Positions 1 to 13,589 of a stretch of 64,000 bases of DNA are shown here, piece after piece. Each line of letters begins with the position of its first letter. Position 1 is the stretch's first letter. The notes under the pieces were generated by a model, which worked only from the letters and a program-made list of their open reading frames with translations, did no database searches and was not told the origin of the DNA. A program made the position numbers and the translations under genes. This DNA comes from Chiloscyllium plagiosum (Eukaryota): contig NC_057719.1 in the NCBI RefSeq assembly GCF_004010195.1, forward strand, positions 4,681,708 through 4,745,707, read 5' to 3'.

Positions 1-1117
1 GTATACTTAAGAGGGAAATCAGGAGGGCAAAACAGGGACATGAGATAGCTTTGGCAAATAGAATTAAGGAGAATCCAAAGGATTTTTACAAATATATTAA
101 GGACAAAAGGATAACTAGGGAGAGAACAGGGCCCCTCAAAGATCAGCAAGGTGGCCTTTGTGTGGGGGAGTTACTAAATGAATATTTTGCATCAGTATTT
201 ACTGTGGAAAAGGATATGGATGATATAGACTGTAGGGAAATAGACGGTGACATCTTGCAAAATGTCCAGATTATAGAGGAGGAAGTGCTGGATGTCTTGA
301 AACTGTTAAAGGTGGATAAATCCTCAGGACCTGATTAGGTGTACCTGAGAACTCTGTGGGAGTGATTGCTCCCACAGCTAGAGAAGTGATTGCTGGGCCT
401 CTTGCTGAGATATTTGTATCATCGATAGTCACAGGTGAGGTGCAGGAAGACTGGAGGTTGGCAAACGTGGTGCCACTGTTTAAGCAGGGCGGTAAAGGCA
501 AGCCAGGGAACTATAGAGCATTGAGCCTGACCTCGGTGGTGGGCAAGTTGTTGGAGGGAATTCTGAGGGACAGGATGTACATGTATTTGGAAAGGCAAGG
601 ACTGATTCGGGATAGTCAACATGGCTTTGTGTGTGGGAAATCATGTCTCACAAACTTGATTGAGGTTTTTGAAGAAGTAACAAAGAAGATTGATGAGGGC
701 AGAGCAGTAGATGTGATCTATATGGACTTCAGTAAGGCGTTCGACAAGGTTCCCCATTGGAGACTGATTAGCAAGGTTAGATCTCATGGAATACATAGAA
801 CTAGCCATTTGGATACAGAATTGGAGGTGTAGTGGACAGCGAAGAGGGTTACCTCAGATTACAACAGGATCCGGACCAGATGGGCCACGCAGAGGGCGGT
901 ACATGTATGGAATGGGCTGCCAGAGGATGTGGTGGAGGCTGGTACAATTGCAACATTTAAGAGGCATTTGGATGGGTATATGAATAGGAAGGGTTTGGAG
1001 GGATATGGGCCGGCTGCTGGCAGGTGGGACTAGATTGGGTTGAGATATCTGGTCGGCATGGACAGGTTGGACCGAAGTGTCTGTTTCCATGCTGTATATC
1101 TCTCTGACTCTATGACT
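1..1117 (+). mobile_element. CR1 LINE, ORF2 RT remnant with internal deletions and 3' end
   Basis: Motifs VDKSSGPD, WRLANVVPLFKQG, NYRALSLTS, SQHGF, VDVIYMDFSKAFDKVPH; CR1 3' UTR with ctatgact-type tail; stops and frameshifts. Confidence 0.9.
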
Positions 1118-1118
1118 G

Positions 1119-2315
1119 CAATTTCTCCTCCCAAATGATCAACAGTGCCCTCCAGCTTATCTCCTCCACTTCCTGCAGCTCTGCCCTGGAACTCCAACCA
1201 CAACAAGAATTGAACCCCACACCCCAGTCCTCACCTTCCATCCCACTAATCTCTGGATACAGTGCATTATCCTCCGCCATTTCTGCCACCTATAATCACC
1301 CATCATGAGAGATTTAGAGTAGATTCCATACAGTGTGGAAACAGGCCCTTCGGCCCAAAACGTCCACACTGACCCTCTGAAGAGTAACCCACCCAGATCC
1401 ATTTCCCTCTTGACTAATGCACCTAACACAATGGGCAATTTAGCATGGCCAATTCACCTGACCTGCACATCTTTGGACTATTTTCCTCCTCACACCTATC
1501 TGCGTTCCTCAGAAACTATTCCCGCCATGACTCCTTCGTTAGGTCCACACACCCCACCCTCCAACCGAGCACCTTCCCCTGCTGCAGCAAGAGATGTAAA
1601 ACCTGCATTCGCACCTGCCGTCCTCATCTCTGTCCGAGACTCCAAGAGATCTGGCAGAAATTTTCCTGCACATCCAAACACCTCATTTCCTTTGTTTGTT
1701 GCTCTCAATATGGTCTCCTCTAAATTGGGGAGACAGGACGCCAACTTGCGGAATTTTGCAGGAAACATCCCTGGGGCACATACGCCAAACAACCCCATTG
1801 CCCTGTGGCCGAACACTTCAATTCGCCCTCCCACTTCACCAAGGACGTGGAAGTCCTGGGCCGCCTCCACTGCCAAATCCAAGCCACCTAATGACTGGAG
1901 GAAGAACGCCTCATCTTCCACCTTGGAACCCTCTAACCACACAGTAGCAACATCAACTTTGCTAGTTTTCAAATCTCCACACCCCCACCTCCATCCCAGA
2001 TCCAACTCGGCACCACCCTCTTGACATGTTGCATCTATCCATCTTCCTTCCCACCTATCCACTCCACCCTCCCTACCGAACTATCGCAATCAACCCCCAC
2101 CTGCACCTACCTAATGCCTTCCCAGATACCTTCTCCACACCCCACTCCCATCCTCCTATTTATCTCTCAGTCCGCCCCTCACATTTGCTCATGAAAGGTT
2201 TATGCACGAATTGTCAATTCTCCTGCTGCTTGGATGCTGGCTGACATTCTGTGCTCTTCCAGCATCACACCTTTCAACTCTGATCTCTAGCACCTACAGT
2301 CCTCACTTTCTTCTC
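1119..2315 (+). mobile_element. Penelope-like element 3' fragment (GIY-YIG region and terminus), interrupted by a SINE fragment
   Basis: Reverse-complement similarity to the element at 31107-32999 (TFPCCSKRCKTC, CCSQYGLL motifs, pyrimidine-rich 3' region); decayed hammerhead-like end near 2188-2215. Confidence 0.7.
1314..1478 (-). mobile_element. HE1-like SINE, 3' fragment
   Basis: gtggaaacaggcccttcggcccaa...gggcaatttagcatggccaattcacc, as in the full copy at 43241-43551. Confidence 0.8.
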
Positions 2316-3480
2316 ACGGCCTAACTGATGTTTTATAAAATTGTAACAAGACTTCCTTGCTCTTAAAGTCTATGCCCCAATTTCTGAAGGCAAGCATCCC
2401 TTGTGCCTTCTTCACTACCTTATTCATCTATAATGATATCTTTAAAGGTCAATAGACTTGTACACCAAGGTTTCTTCCCCAGAACCTCTAAGGACCTCCC
2501 ATATATTATGTATATCCGTATTAGACATCCCAAAATGCATTACCTTTCACTTATCGGGATTAAATTCCACCTGCCATTGCTCTGCCTCATTTGCCAGTTG
2601 ATCAATATCAGACTGTACCCTGTGACCAACCATCCTTGCTATCAATAACACCACCACTTTTTCTGTCAACTGCAAATTTACTAATTATACGGTTTACATC
2701 CAAGTCATTCATGTACATACCAAACAGCAAGTGTCCCAGCACTGATTTCTGTGGGTATGCTGCTGGGCACAGGCTTCCAATCATAAAAACAGCCTCAGCC
2801 ATTATCCTTTGCCTCCTATTTGTAAGTCAGTTCTCAATCCAAGTTTTCCAACTTGTCTTGGATCTCGTGGCTTTTATCTTTGAACAATTCGTCTCTGTGG
2901 AACTTAGTCTGTGTCAAAGTACGTGTAAACCTCATCAACTGCACTGTCCTCCTTAATATATTTAGTCACCTTTTCAAAAAAAACTAAAGTTAAATTAGTC
3001 AGACAGGATTTTCTAATAAATCCACGCTGACTATCCCCAATCAATTCCTGTCTTTCCAAATATTGATTAATCCTGTTCTTCAGAATTCTTTCCAATAATT
3101 CCCTCCCATTGATGTTAGACTAGCTAGTCTGTAATTACCTGGCTTATCCCTGCTACCCATCTCAAATAAAGAAACCCCATTTGCTATCCTTCAGCCATCC
3201 GACATTTCTCCTTCTGGCCTGCAAAGTATTAAATATCACTGCCAGAGCCCCAGCGATCTCTTCCTTTGTATGCCAGGCTGCTATGGGAGGCATCTCATCA
3301 GGTCTTGGGGATTTATGCACCTGGGGTATGCCAACTAAAACATCTATTATCATCTTATTCATCTTAATGTGATCTAGGACCTCACCATTCCAACTGAAAT
3401 CTCTGCCTACAATAACTTTCTCAACTTTGAATGTACAGGTGAGAAGTATTCATTTAAAACGTCATACGTGACCATTAGCT
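2316..3480 (-). mobile_element. Degraded CR1 ORF2 (RT) fragment
   Basis: Minus-strand remnants SKFAVD, GDSQRGF..KSCLTNL, HKSPRPD. Confidence 0.75.
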
Positions 3481-3599
3481 CCTTGCACAGGTTGCCCCTT
3501 TGGTCTCTTTTTTTTTTCCCCTAATAATTCTCTTACTCCTTATATACTTAGAAAAAAATTTGAGATTTTCTTTGATCCCATCTGCCAAAGCACCACCGG

Positions 3600-5230
3600 A
3601 GATTGGTAAGATATTAAGCAAGTATTTTAGATCAGCGTTTACTGCGCAGAAGGATATGGAAACTAGAGAACTCTGAGAAATAGTGATATCTTGAAAAATG
3701 TCCATATTACAGAAGAGGACATGCTGGACGTCTTAAGATGCATAAAGATGGATAAATCCTTGTCACCTGATCAAGTGTACTTCAGAATATTATGGGAAGC
3801 TAGGGAAGTGATTGCTGGGCCCCTTCATGAGATATTTGTATGACAAAGAAGAGTGGTGGACGTTGTCTGTATGGACTTGATAAGTCCTTTGATAAGGTTC
3901 CACACGGTAGCGAAGTTAGAATCCAGGGAGAGCTAGCCATTTGGGTACAAAATTAGTTCAAAGCTGGGAGACAGGGTGGTGGTGGTGGAGTGTTGCTTTT
4001 TGGACTGGAGGCCTGTGATCAGTCGAGTGCCACAAAGATTGGTGCTGGGTCAACTGCTTTTTGTCATTTGTATAAATGATTTTTACGCATAGAATGGCAG
4101 GAGTCTGGAACAAGCTGCCAGAGGTTGTGGTGGAGGCAGATACAATAGGGGCCTTTAAGAGACTTTTAGATAAACACATGAATACGCAACAAATTGAAGG
4201 ATATAGTCTAACAGTAGGCAGAAGGGGTTAGTTTTAATTTCATCTCACATTTGGCACAGCATCCTGGACCGAAGGGCCCATTCCTGTGTTGTATTGTTAT
4301 ATGTTCTATGTTCTTTTTACGTGTGACTGTAAGAGGTATGGTTAGTTTGCAGATGACACTAAAATTGTAGTGGACAGCAAAGAAGGTTACCTCAGAGTAC
4401 AACAGAATCTTGATCAGTTGGAGTTTAATTTGGATAAATGTGAGGTGCTGCATTTCGGAAAAGTAAGTCAGAGCAGGACTGATAAACCGAATGGTAAGAT
4501 CCTAGGAGGTATTGGTGAACAAAGGAGCTTTGGGGTGCAGGTTCATGGTTCCTTGCAAGTGGAGTTGCAGGTAGACACAGTAATGAAGAAGGCATTTGGT
4601 GTGATTGCCTTTATTGGTCAGTGCATTGAGTTTAGGAGTTGGGAGGTCATGTTGGGACTGTACAGGGCATTGGTTAGGCCACTTCTGGAATACTGCATTC
4701 ATTTCTGGTCTCCCTGCTATAGGAAGGATGTTGTGAAACTTGAAAGAGTTTAGAAAAGATTTACAAAGATGTCGCCAGGATTGGAGATTTTGAGCTCTAG
4801 AGAGACACCAAATGGGGTGGGACTACTTTCCCCTGGAGTGTTGGCGGCTGAGGAGTGACCTTATAGAAGTTTACAAAATCATGAGGGATCATGGACAGGG
4901 TGAATGCCAAGTTTCTTTTTCCTTGAGTGGAACAGTTCAACACAATAAGTTTAAGGTGAGAGAAGAAAGATTTAAAAGGTGCCTAAGGGGCAACTTTTCA
5001 CGCAGAGGGTGGTGCATGTGTGGAATGGGTTGCTTGAGGTGGTAGTGGAGGCTGGTACAATTACAACATTTAGAAGGCATCTGGATGGCTACATGAATAG
5101 GAGGGTTTGGAGGGATATAGATCAAATGCTGGCAATTGGGACTAGATTAATTTAGGATATCTGGTCTTCATGGGCGAGTTGGACCTGAGGGGGTCTATTT
5201 TGTGCTGTAAATCTCTTTCTCTGTATGACA
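3600..5230 (+). mobile_element. CR1 ORF2 3' half plus 3' UTR, with a nested CR1 3' fragment at about 4081-4313
   Basis: FNLDKCEVLHFG, LYRALVRPLLEYC motifs; two CR1 tails (tgttctatgttct near 4300 and ctatgac-like near 5225). Confidence 0.85.
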
Positions 5231-6389
5231 CAATATTTTGTGCCTTTTGTTTGCCCTCCTAATTTCCTCTTTACACAACTTCCTGTACTCTTTACTTCTG
5301 AAGGGCCTCCCCTATTCTTAATGTGCTGTAACTGACATATGCTTCCTCCTTTTTCTTTATATCTCTATCATCTGACTTCCTTGGACTTAATTGACCTTGC
5401 CCTTGAAAGAAGCATGCTTTTAACATACTACCGTTAAAAGACTCCCACTTTCCAAATTTAGACTTGCCTGCAAATAACTTCCAGACTTTTTGCCAGGTAC
5501 TGTCCAATGATATTAAAATCACCCTAATCCCATTTTAGACCCTTCTGCACTATCTTTATCCCTTTCCATAATGACTTGAAACTTGGAGTTATGGTCACTA
5601 TTCCCAAAATGTTCAATCATTGAAACATTAACCACTTGACCAGCTTAATTCCCTAGGATTAGTCTAGCACTGTCCGATCTCTAGTAGGGCTATTTGTCTA
5701 CTGGCACAAAAAGCTCTCTTGGACTCGCTTCAAAAATTCCACCCATTTAATCCTTTCACACTAAGGTCATTCCAATTAATGTTAGCAAAGTTGAAATCCC
5801 CTACAATTATAACCCTAATGCCTTTCTGAGATTTCCATACATATCTGCTTCTCTAAATCCCTCTTGACTATTGTAAGACCAGTAGTATGATGCTGTCAGC
5901 TTATGAAGAATTTTCATGGAAACTAGGCTTTAAATACCATGGATCGTAATTTCCTTTAACATTGAGCTAATAACTGCTGCAGTGATGCATATGTGGTTTT
6001 GGATGTGCATTAATGTGAAAGTGTTGGTGTAGCTTTGAAGTCGAAATAATTCACTCATAGCAAGTTGATATTATACATCTCGAATTCACTTCAGTGGCAA
6101 GGTACCTTTCGGCAGGTGCAAACTTGTATTTTAAAAGTGCAGATTCATGGTCCATAGACCACTTGAGTACACATTCTAATCTCCACTGGTAAATAACACT
6201 ACCAGTTTATTGTGTTGACATCTTTCTGTGTACTTTGGCTGTTCTGATTTGCTTCTGTAACACTGGCTACATTTGATTAATTGGTTTTGAGATATTTTGA
6301 AATTTCTTGTGACTGCAAAGGGCAGTAAATCTCAAGCTCTTTCAGTCAGAGTTTTGACTCTTTAAGAAACAGGGTACTTAGAACATAGG

Positions 6390-6596
6390 GGAGAAAGTGA
6401 GGTCTGCAGATGCTGGAGATCAGAGCTGAAAATGTGTTGCTGGAAAAGCGCAGCAGGTCAGGCAGCATCCAGGGAACAGGAGAATCGACGTTTCGGGCAT
6501 AAGCCCTTTCCTGAAGAAGGGCTTATGCCCGAAACGTTGATTCTCCTGTTCCCTGGATGCTGCCTGACCTGCTGCGCTTTTCCAGCAACACATTTC
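6390..6596. mobile_element. Penelope-derived fold-back mini-insertion (inverted terminus, about 80 bp arms) with hammerhead core
   Basis: Near-perfect inverted repeat 6430-6595; + strand CTGAAGA-AGGGC-TTAT-GCCC-GAAA-CGTT at 6511-6538. Confidence 0.8.
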
Positions 6597-6989
6597 CACC
6601 ACATACACTTTGGCAGGCAGTATATGCTATTCATATGTATTCTCTCCCCCACACACCATAAACTAATCAGTTAGGTTGTGAGCACATTGTGCTGGCATTC
6701 TGGTGACCCCGGGTAGTATCTGTGTTTGCTCTGCTGTCTCCCTCTATCTTGTGTGTCCATGTGCCTAGTGTCACCCTGCCCTGTGCCACCTCCCACTTCA
6801 CTCTCTCCTTTGTGGTCAAGGAGGCAACTTCGGAGATTGCCCACAGACCACCCAATTTACACGTAGAGGTAGGTCATTTCAAGGAGCTCCTCTTCCCAAG
6901 GGGTATCATGAGTGCCAATTTCGTTGGGGGCTCTTCTGTGGTGACACTCACTGCTGGCACAGTTCTCGTCAACACCTTACAGCAGAGCT

Positions 6990-7790
6990 TTAAACACCCA
7001 AGGCCACACAGAATGCCAGCATGAGTGCAATGAGGAGAACTATCCCAAGGGTCAAATAGAGTCCCCAAGATTTATCAAACAATTTAGCCAACCGTCTGTC
7101 GTTGTGGCACCCTGTCAAAAAATTGTCTAGCTGGTCTTGGATATTCTTGATGGCTTCTGTAATGTTGTAAGAGTCATCAGTAACATGGGTGATACAATTG
7201 TCACCAATAATGCTACAAACATCCCCTTGCTGTGCTAATTGATAATCCACCACGTAGCATGTCTGTGTAGTGTTTGAGTTCAGCCAACTCTGTATTAATT
7301 GCTTCCAGAGCTTTTGAGGTAATATTACCTAAGATAGTCAGGCCACATACAAGGTAATTTCAGTTTTTAGCGCTGACAACCCTTGCTGCCCCCCCCCCCC
7401 CCCCCCAAAATATAGAAATCCCAAGAATCCATATCCCAATGATGACCCCAAAGTGGTGGGTATCTGCCAGTCAGTACAGAACGCCTGGCTGATGGAGCAG
7501 GACACTATCCTTCACCGCACAGGTTTTCCACTGGGCCATGGTACAGTAAGGGATGCAATTGTCTTTACCCTGAACAGGTTTGGGAGGTCTGTCGCATAAG
7601 TCCCCTTAAATAGAAAAACAAATCCCTTCGCTGCTCGGTAACATACATTGTCCTGTCCTTCCGTCTGTCTGTTCACCCATGTCGCCCCTGATCCCCTGGG
7701 TGTTACTCGGTCCAGTGATATTTCCTGGGAACCAAGTTTGTTTTCCAACACTCGGGCCACTCTTATCTCACTAACCGAGTCTTTGCACCT
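6990..7790 (-). pseudogene. env: Decayed endogenous retrovirus env (SU C-terminus and TM)
   Basis: Minus-strand translation gives PVR*R (basic cleavage site), the hydrophobic LGYGFLGFLYFGG, heptad LGNITSKALEAINTELAELK, ISD-like VDYQLAQQGDV, CX6C (CSIIGDNC) and a TM helix WGLYLTLGIVLLIALMLAFC; contains stops and frameshifts. Confidence 0.8.
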
Positions 7791-8079
7791 GCACTTGAAG
7801 GTCAGTTAGGATGGCCAGTAATGTCTCATCTAGTCTAAGTAATTCTATATTGTAAAGGAAGCATTGTCTGTTAATCTATGTTGAAGCAGACTGTGATTAG
7901 TCAAATATGCAGTTATGGCAGAGTTAAAAGCCATTTTATACAGTTTTTAGCAGAATTGTCAATTTGCAGCCGAGAAACCATTTTGTCATATTATTTGCAT
8001 TGAGAAGCCATTTTATTTCCACCTAAAGTTAGTAAGAGCATGTGTTAAATGGTTGTTCCTGACAACAACTAGTTACCTC

Positions 8080-9315
8080 AGCCTGTATTCAGATTTCAGA
8101 TCCTCACCTTATCAAACATCTTGGTAAAATCCATATACGTTGTATCCTTAAAGACTTCAATAAGGCTTGAGGCATGATCTGCCCCTTACAAAGCCATGCT
8201 GACTATCTCCATTCTAACAATGCTTTTCCAAGTTATCATAAATCCTGTCTCTCAGAATCCTCTCCAGTACTTTGCCCACCACAGACATGAGACTGACTGG
8301 TCTGTAATTCCCAGGATTATCCCTATTCCCTTTGTTGAAGAAGGGAATAGCATTTGCCTCCCTCCAATCATCTGGCATGACTCCAGTGGACAGTGAGGAT
8401 GCAAAGATCATCGCCATAGGCGCAGCAATCTCTTTCCTCACTTTTTGTAGTAACCTAGGCTGTATCCCACCTGGCCCAGGGATTTATCTATCCTCATGAT
8501 CTTCAAAATTTTCAACACATTGTCCTTCCTAACATCAACCTGTTAGAGCATATCAGTCTGTTTCACACTGTCCTCAGAAACGTCAAGATACCTTTCAGTC
8601 GTGAATACTGAAGCAAAGTATTCGTTAAGGACCTGCCCTACCTCCTCCGACTCCAGGCGCAAGTTCTCTCCACTATCCCTGATCGGCCCTACCCTCACTC
8701 ATTCCTCACATAAGTGTAGAACACCTGAGGGGTTTCCTTAATCCTACCTTTTGCATGCACCTTCCAGCTCTCCTAAGTCCATTTTTCAGTTCCTTCTTGG
8801 CTACGTTGTAACCCTCTACTATCCTGTCTGATCCTTGCCTCCTCAACCTTAAGTAAGCTTCCTTCTTCCTCTTGACTAGATGTTCCATATCTCTTGTCAC
8901 CCAAGGTGCTTTCAACCTACCATCCTTTCCTTGCCTCAGTGGGACAAACCTTATCAGCAAGTGCTCCCGAAACAACCTCCACATTTCTGGTTTGGAGGTG
9001 CAGGTGTTGGACTGGGATGTACAAAGTTAAAAATCTCACAACACCAGGTTATAGTCCAACAGGTTTATTTGGAAGCACTAGCTTTCGAGTGCTGCTCCTT
9101 CATCAGGTAGTTGCTGCATTTCTGTCGTGCATTTCCTTGAGAACCTCTGTTCCCAATTTAGTTGCCCCAATTCCTGCCTAATAGCTTTGTAATTCCCCTC
9201 TACAATTAAATACTTACCCATACTGTCTGCTCCTACCCCTCTTCATGAGTGTAGTAAACGTCATGGAGTTGTGATTACTATCACTGAAATGCTCTCCCAC
9301 CGAGTGATCTGACTT
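8080..9315 (-). mobile_element. CR1 ORF2 fragment, with a Penelope terminus inserted at about 8989-9110
   Basis: DWREANAIPFFNKG, NYRPVSL, APWVT motifs; the insert matches 13591-13710. Confidence 0.85.
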
Positions 9316-9859
9316 ATGTTAGTTCTGTTCAATAACCACAAATGGAGAGTAAATGCTGTGCATGTTTTCCACCCAAACAAGCGCAGCTTCAAATGTTTGT
9401 ATGCAACCAGCACTATGACTGGCATCTGCCCATTGAATGACATAATCTGTGGAGCTCCAGAGGGCTGCATGAGCAAATCCACTTGTCATATTAAGTTTTG
9501 AGATTTTACTGTACAGTTTTATGCAGCGGAATAGTCCTTATTAGGTGCATGTAAATGAGCATGGGTATGCTGCAGTAGGTTCAGTTGGAGAGTAGATTTT
9601 TCCTCATGCCTGATCAATACATTAATGCATTAATATTTATTAATGTCAGTTTCTGTATTATTTCACTGTTTATGTACTTTAAACTTAATATTTGAGATTG
9701 ATGCAGGTAGGAAATTACACCTGGGTGTTCCAGCACCTTTTTGTTTACCCACTCCAAGTTATGTATTGATGAACGTAGAGCGGTGGATATATTTCAATAG
9801 AGCACAGGAACAGGCCCTTTGGCTCACCAAGCCTTTGCTGATTCTAATCTCTATACCTG

Positions 9860-10220
9860 CTACTTAAAGCAGAGGGACCTGGGTGTCCTTGTGCGTGAAT
9901 GGCAGAAGGTTGGTCTGCAGATGCAGCAGGTAACTAATGAAAATGGAATTTTGTTTTTCAGTGCTAAAGGGATTGAGTTTAAAAGTAGGGAGGTTATGTT
10001 GCAGCTATATAGGGTGCTTGTGAGGCCAAACTTGGAATACTGTGCAGTTTTGGTCTCCTTACTTGAGAAAAGATATACTGGTATTAGAGGGGCTGCATAG
10101 GATGTCCACTAGGTTGTTTACAGAGTTGAGGGGGTTGGCTTCTGAGGACAGACTGAGTAGACTGGGATTATATTCATTGGAATTCATAAGAACGAGGAGA
10201 GATGTCATAAAAACATACAC
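9860..10220 (+). mobile_element. CR1 ORF2 C-terminal fragment
   Basis: QRDLGVLV, LQLYRVLVRPNLEYC, LGLYSLEF. Confidence 0.8.
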
Positions 10221-11949
10221 ATGTACCGCATTAGTATGGTACTCATTTTCTCTGCTCATCCCACACCTCACCTCTGCCAGCATTTGCTTCCAGTTAAGTG
10301 ACAATATGGTAGTTGTGTTAATTTTCCAATGAATACAAGCACATAATGAGGTAAACATATTTACCGACTGGTTCCAAATTTACTGGTTAAAAAGCTATTG
10401 ACATTGAAGGTTAATTCTGTAGAGCTGAGATTTTGTTTTAACAACTTCACCTATCAAATCATCAGTCGCTCAATCATTGGTATCCATTATTATACTAAGA
10501 GAAATGTACAATTAAACTTATTAGCAACCCACTGAACCATCTCCGGTATTACATAAAAATGCCATATTGAATGTTTGTTCTGTAATTTATTATTTAATTT
10601 AAAAGCTTGAGGTTTGTCATAACTGCAGCTGCCTTAACTTATGCATGGAAGTTAGATTTGATTAGTTTTGTAAACTGTTTTATTGGGACGTAATTTACTG
10701 ATTTTGTGGTTCATACAAAACATAGCACTACCGTCTGCTTGTGATGCAACTTTAACTATAGCTTTATGCCACAAATTTAACTTTCGACTAAACTGTGCAT
10801 CCCTTTGAACCCGCTGGGAGTTCTGCAATATTTAATTGGAAACAAAGAAGCCAAAGAATGGCCAAAACTTACTTTATTGTTCCACAACTGAGGAAGCTAA
10901 TTTTAAAGTGAACAGAGAAGGAATGGCTCCATGACTTCAAAGAAAGGTGCTTCCAGCTACTATAGAAAAGTATTCACAACTGTAAAATAGTTAAAGCACA
11001 GAGGAGGCCACTTGGCTATCATAATGTGCTAGCTATCTGCAAGAGAAGATACTTCATAATTTCCAAAAAAAAATCTTGATGTGTGAGATTTGGAAAGCAA
11101 CAGACAAGACCTTTGATGTGCAGTCAGTAAAAATAATAGTTTGAGCATTATACTTTGTAAAATTGACTCGATCACTAACTTCAAACAATGATTCTTAAAG
11201 CAGCCAATGGGCCTTTGTCAAAATATTCTTTATTTTTGTAGCAAGCTTAAAAGACGCTGTCATAAATTTAACCAGTGAGGGTAGTTAACCTGTGAACAGA
11301 AATGAATGTGCTGGTAAGCATCTCACTGCATTGCAGAAATCTGAAAATGGGAGTTGCGTTTAAAGTTAAACTGACAAAAAGAGAAACTGAAACCGATGAG
11401 ATGGTTAAAGTGAAGATAGGTGATTTTTAAAAAATTGGATCAGCAGTTGGAGGAAGTAACTTGCAGGATTAGTGTTAGAGTAGAAAATAGAACTGATTGG
11501 TTGCAGTACAGAAGGCTGGTATAACATGGATAGACTGAATAGATTCCTGTGTCTATGGTTGATCAATTTAGCTTACTTGCTCTTCAATGAGCTGGCCCAC
11601 ACAGCTACCCCAAGCTTACTAATAGAATCATTATTGATCAGATCACATTAGACAATTCGTTAAGTAAGATTAAAAATTAAGAGGAGTCTGGGTAGAGTCA
11701 TTAGGGAATAACTGTTTACATTGATGGAAGGGTAAGGAAGCTGATTTGAAAATTAACAGCAAAAGAATTAATGGCAACATCATTGTTTTTTATGCAATGT
11801 GTTGTTTGGATCTTGAATTATATAGTTACCTGAAGAGGAAATTTACAGAGCTGCATCAAAATGATAGAATATAACTCACAGAATTGCTCTTACAGATAGC
11901 CAGTGCGTTATGATGGTTGAAAGGTCTCCCTCTGTGCTGCAAGGTCATT

Positions 11950-12152
11950 TTGCTATAATGCGTGTTTCATCAACACAAATTTGCTGTAACTTGGTTGGTG
12001 AATTGGGGATGCTGTTTCTAAAGCGCGAATATGTAAAAGATGTGTTGACTATAACGCGATTACATCGCCAACACTTTAAATGCTGTTTCTAAGGCGTAAT
12101 TTTTCTATAGCACAGGGATGCACAAGAATACATTATAGAAGAACTGACTGTA
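11950..12152. mobile_element. Possible Tigger/pogo-type MITE remnant
   Basis: Repeated ctataa(c/t)gcg sub-terminal motifs, ending ...gaactgactg|TA; similar in style to 37500-37702. Confidence 0.35.
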
Positions 12153-12379
12153 TTGTACAGCTCAATAAATACTTTTCTACAGAAGTTGGAAATATCTGTC
12201 TTTGAAGTAGTGGAACAAGAAAATAAGTCTTTGCCATTCTTTGGTTTCTTTGTTTCCAGTAGTAAAAATGTGAATTACTATTATAACTTGGGTTTGCATC
12301 ATGTGGGAGATTAATTTCAAGTTTGTTACAAGTTTGGTTGATGTATCTTTTTTTCTGACAAACTAAAAGGGGATGGGGC

Positions 12380-12912
12380 CTCTTCTGGAGTACTATGTCC
12401 AGTTCTAGTCGCCCTCTTACAGAAATAATATTATGAAGTTGGATGGGGTTCAGAAGAGATTTACTAGGATGTTACCAGCTCTGGAATGTTTGAGTTATAA
12501 AGACTGGATAGGCTGAGACTTTCACTGGAGGGTAGAAAGTTGAGAGATGACCTTATAGAAGTTTCTAAAATTATGATAGGAATAGATAAGCTTAATGGTA
12601 GGTGTCATTTCCCTAGGATTGGAGATTTCAAGACTCAGGAGCACGTTTTTAAGGTGAGAGGAGAGAGTTTAAAAAAAGACATGGGGGCATATATTTTATA
12701 CAGAGGGTGGTTTGTATGTGGAATGAACTTCCTGAGGAAGTGGTGCATGTGGGAACAATGACAACGTTTAAAAGACATTTGAATAAGTACATGAATAGGA
12801 GAGGTTTAAAGGAATGTGGGCCAGGAGAGGGAGGTGGGCCTAGTTTAGTTTGGGGTGATGTTCGGCATGAACTGCTTGGACCAAAGGGTCTGTTTCCATG
12901 CTGTATGACTAA
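12380..12912 (+). mobile_element. CR1 3' fragment
   Basis: RDDLIEVSKIM, WNELPEEVV, TFKRHLNKYM and CR1 3' UTR. Confidence 0.85.
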
Positions 12913-13589
12913 GTGATTGGTGACGTTGGAGGAGAACGTATTTATGGATGGTAATTTGTCACCCTATACATCCAGCAGAATGATAAATATTTCATGATCT
13001 TCTTGATTTGCTTCATGAAGTACGGTGATTCCAATTGTCAAGTAACCTGAAGGTATTCTTCTGTTTTTATTGTGTTGCTAAAAAGAGTACAAAAACATTA
13101 CATTGTGAACACAATTTAAATCTGATTTTCCTGTATCACATTGATTTGCATGTCACCCATGCCAAATGTACCATGAAGTGCTTTCAGTAGGTTTGCCTCA
13201 CTGAGCAATATTGCAACTGTGAAGCCAGACTTTCGTTGAAGCTAAATATCTGTTGCTACATTTGTTTCAGATACGCAAAGTGGTGATTCTTTATTCAATG
13301 CAAAAATTCTTTCTATTCTGTCAAAGCTGCTCCAGCGGTCAGCACTGAATTTAGCAACTTTCCCTTCAATACTTGGAAGTTGTTGTCAAATACCGAGGAT
13401 TGAACAACTTTGAAATCCACGACTATAACTGCATTTCTAAATTGCATTGATGAATGAGCTGAAAAATCATATTAAGATTTAAAGGTGATGTGTGAAACTA
13501 CTTTTTGACCAACAGATTGTCAAGGGAAAATTTGTTTTAACGATGTATTGTGCCTCTTACTTTTTAATTTAAATTTTCTGTTGTCTGTC

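Noticed and set aside
1335..2062. 229 aa and 188 aa Pro/Ser- or Gly-rich ORFs (also 31379-32639)
   Set aside because: Off-frame or antisense readings of GC-skewed Penelope and SINE sequence.
6420..6674. Mirror ORFs MCCWKSAAGQAASREQEN on both strands
   Set aside because: A by-product of the inverted repeat; no coding evidence.
7389..7406. C18 homopolymer as a functional G-quadruplex
   Set aside because: Most simply slippage expansion of Gly codons in the dead env, or a sequencing artefact.
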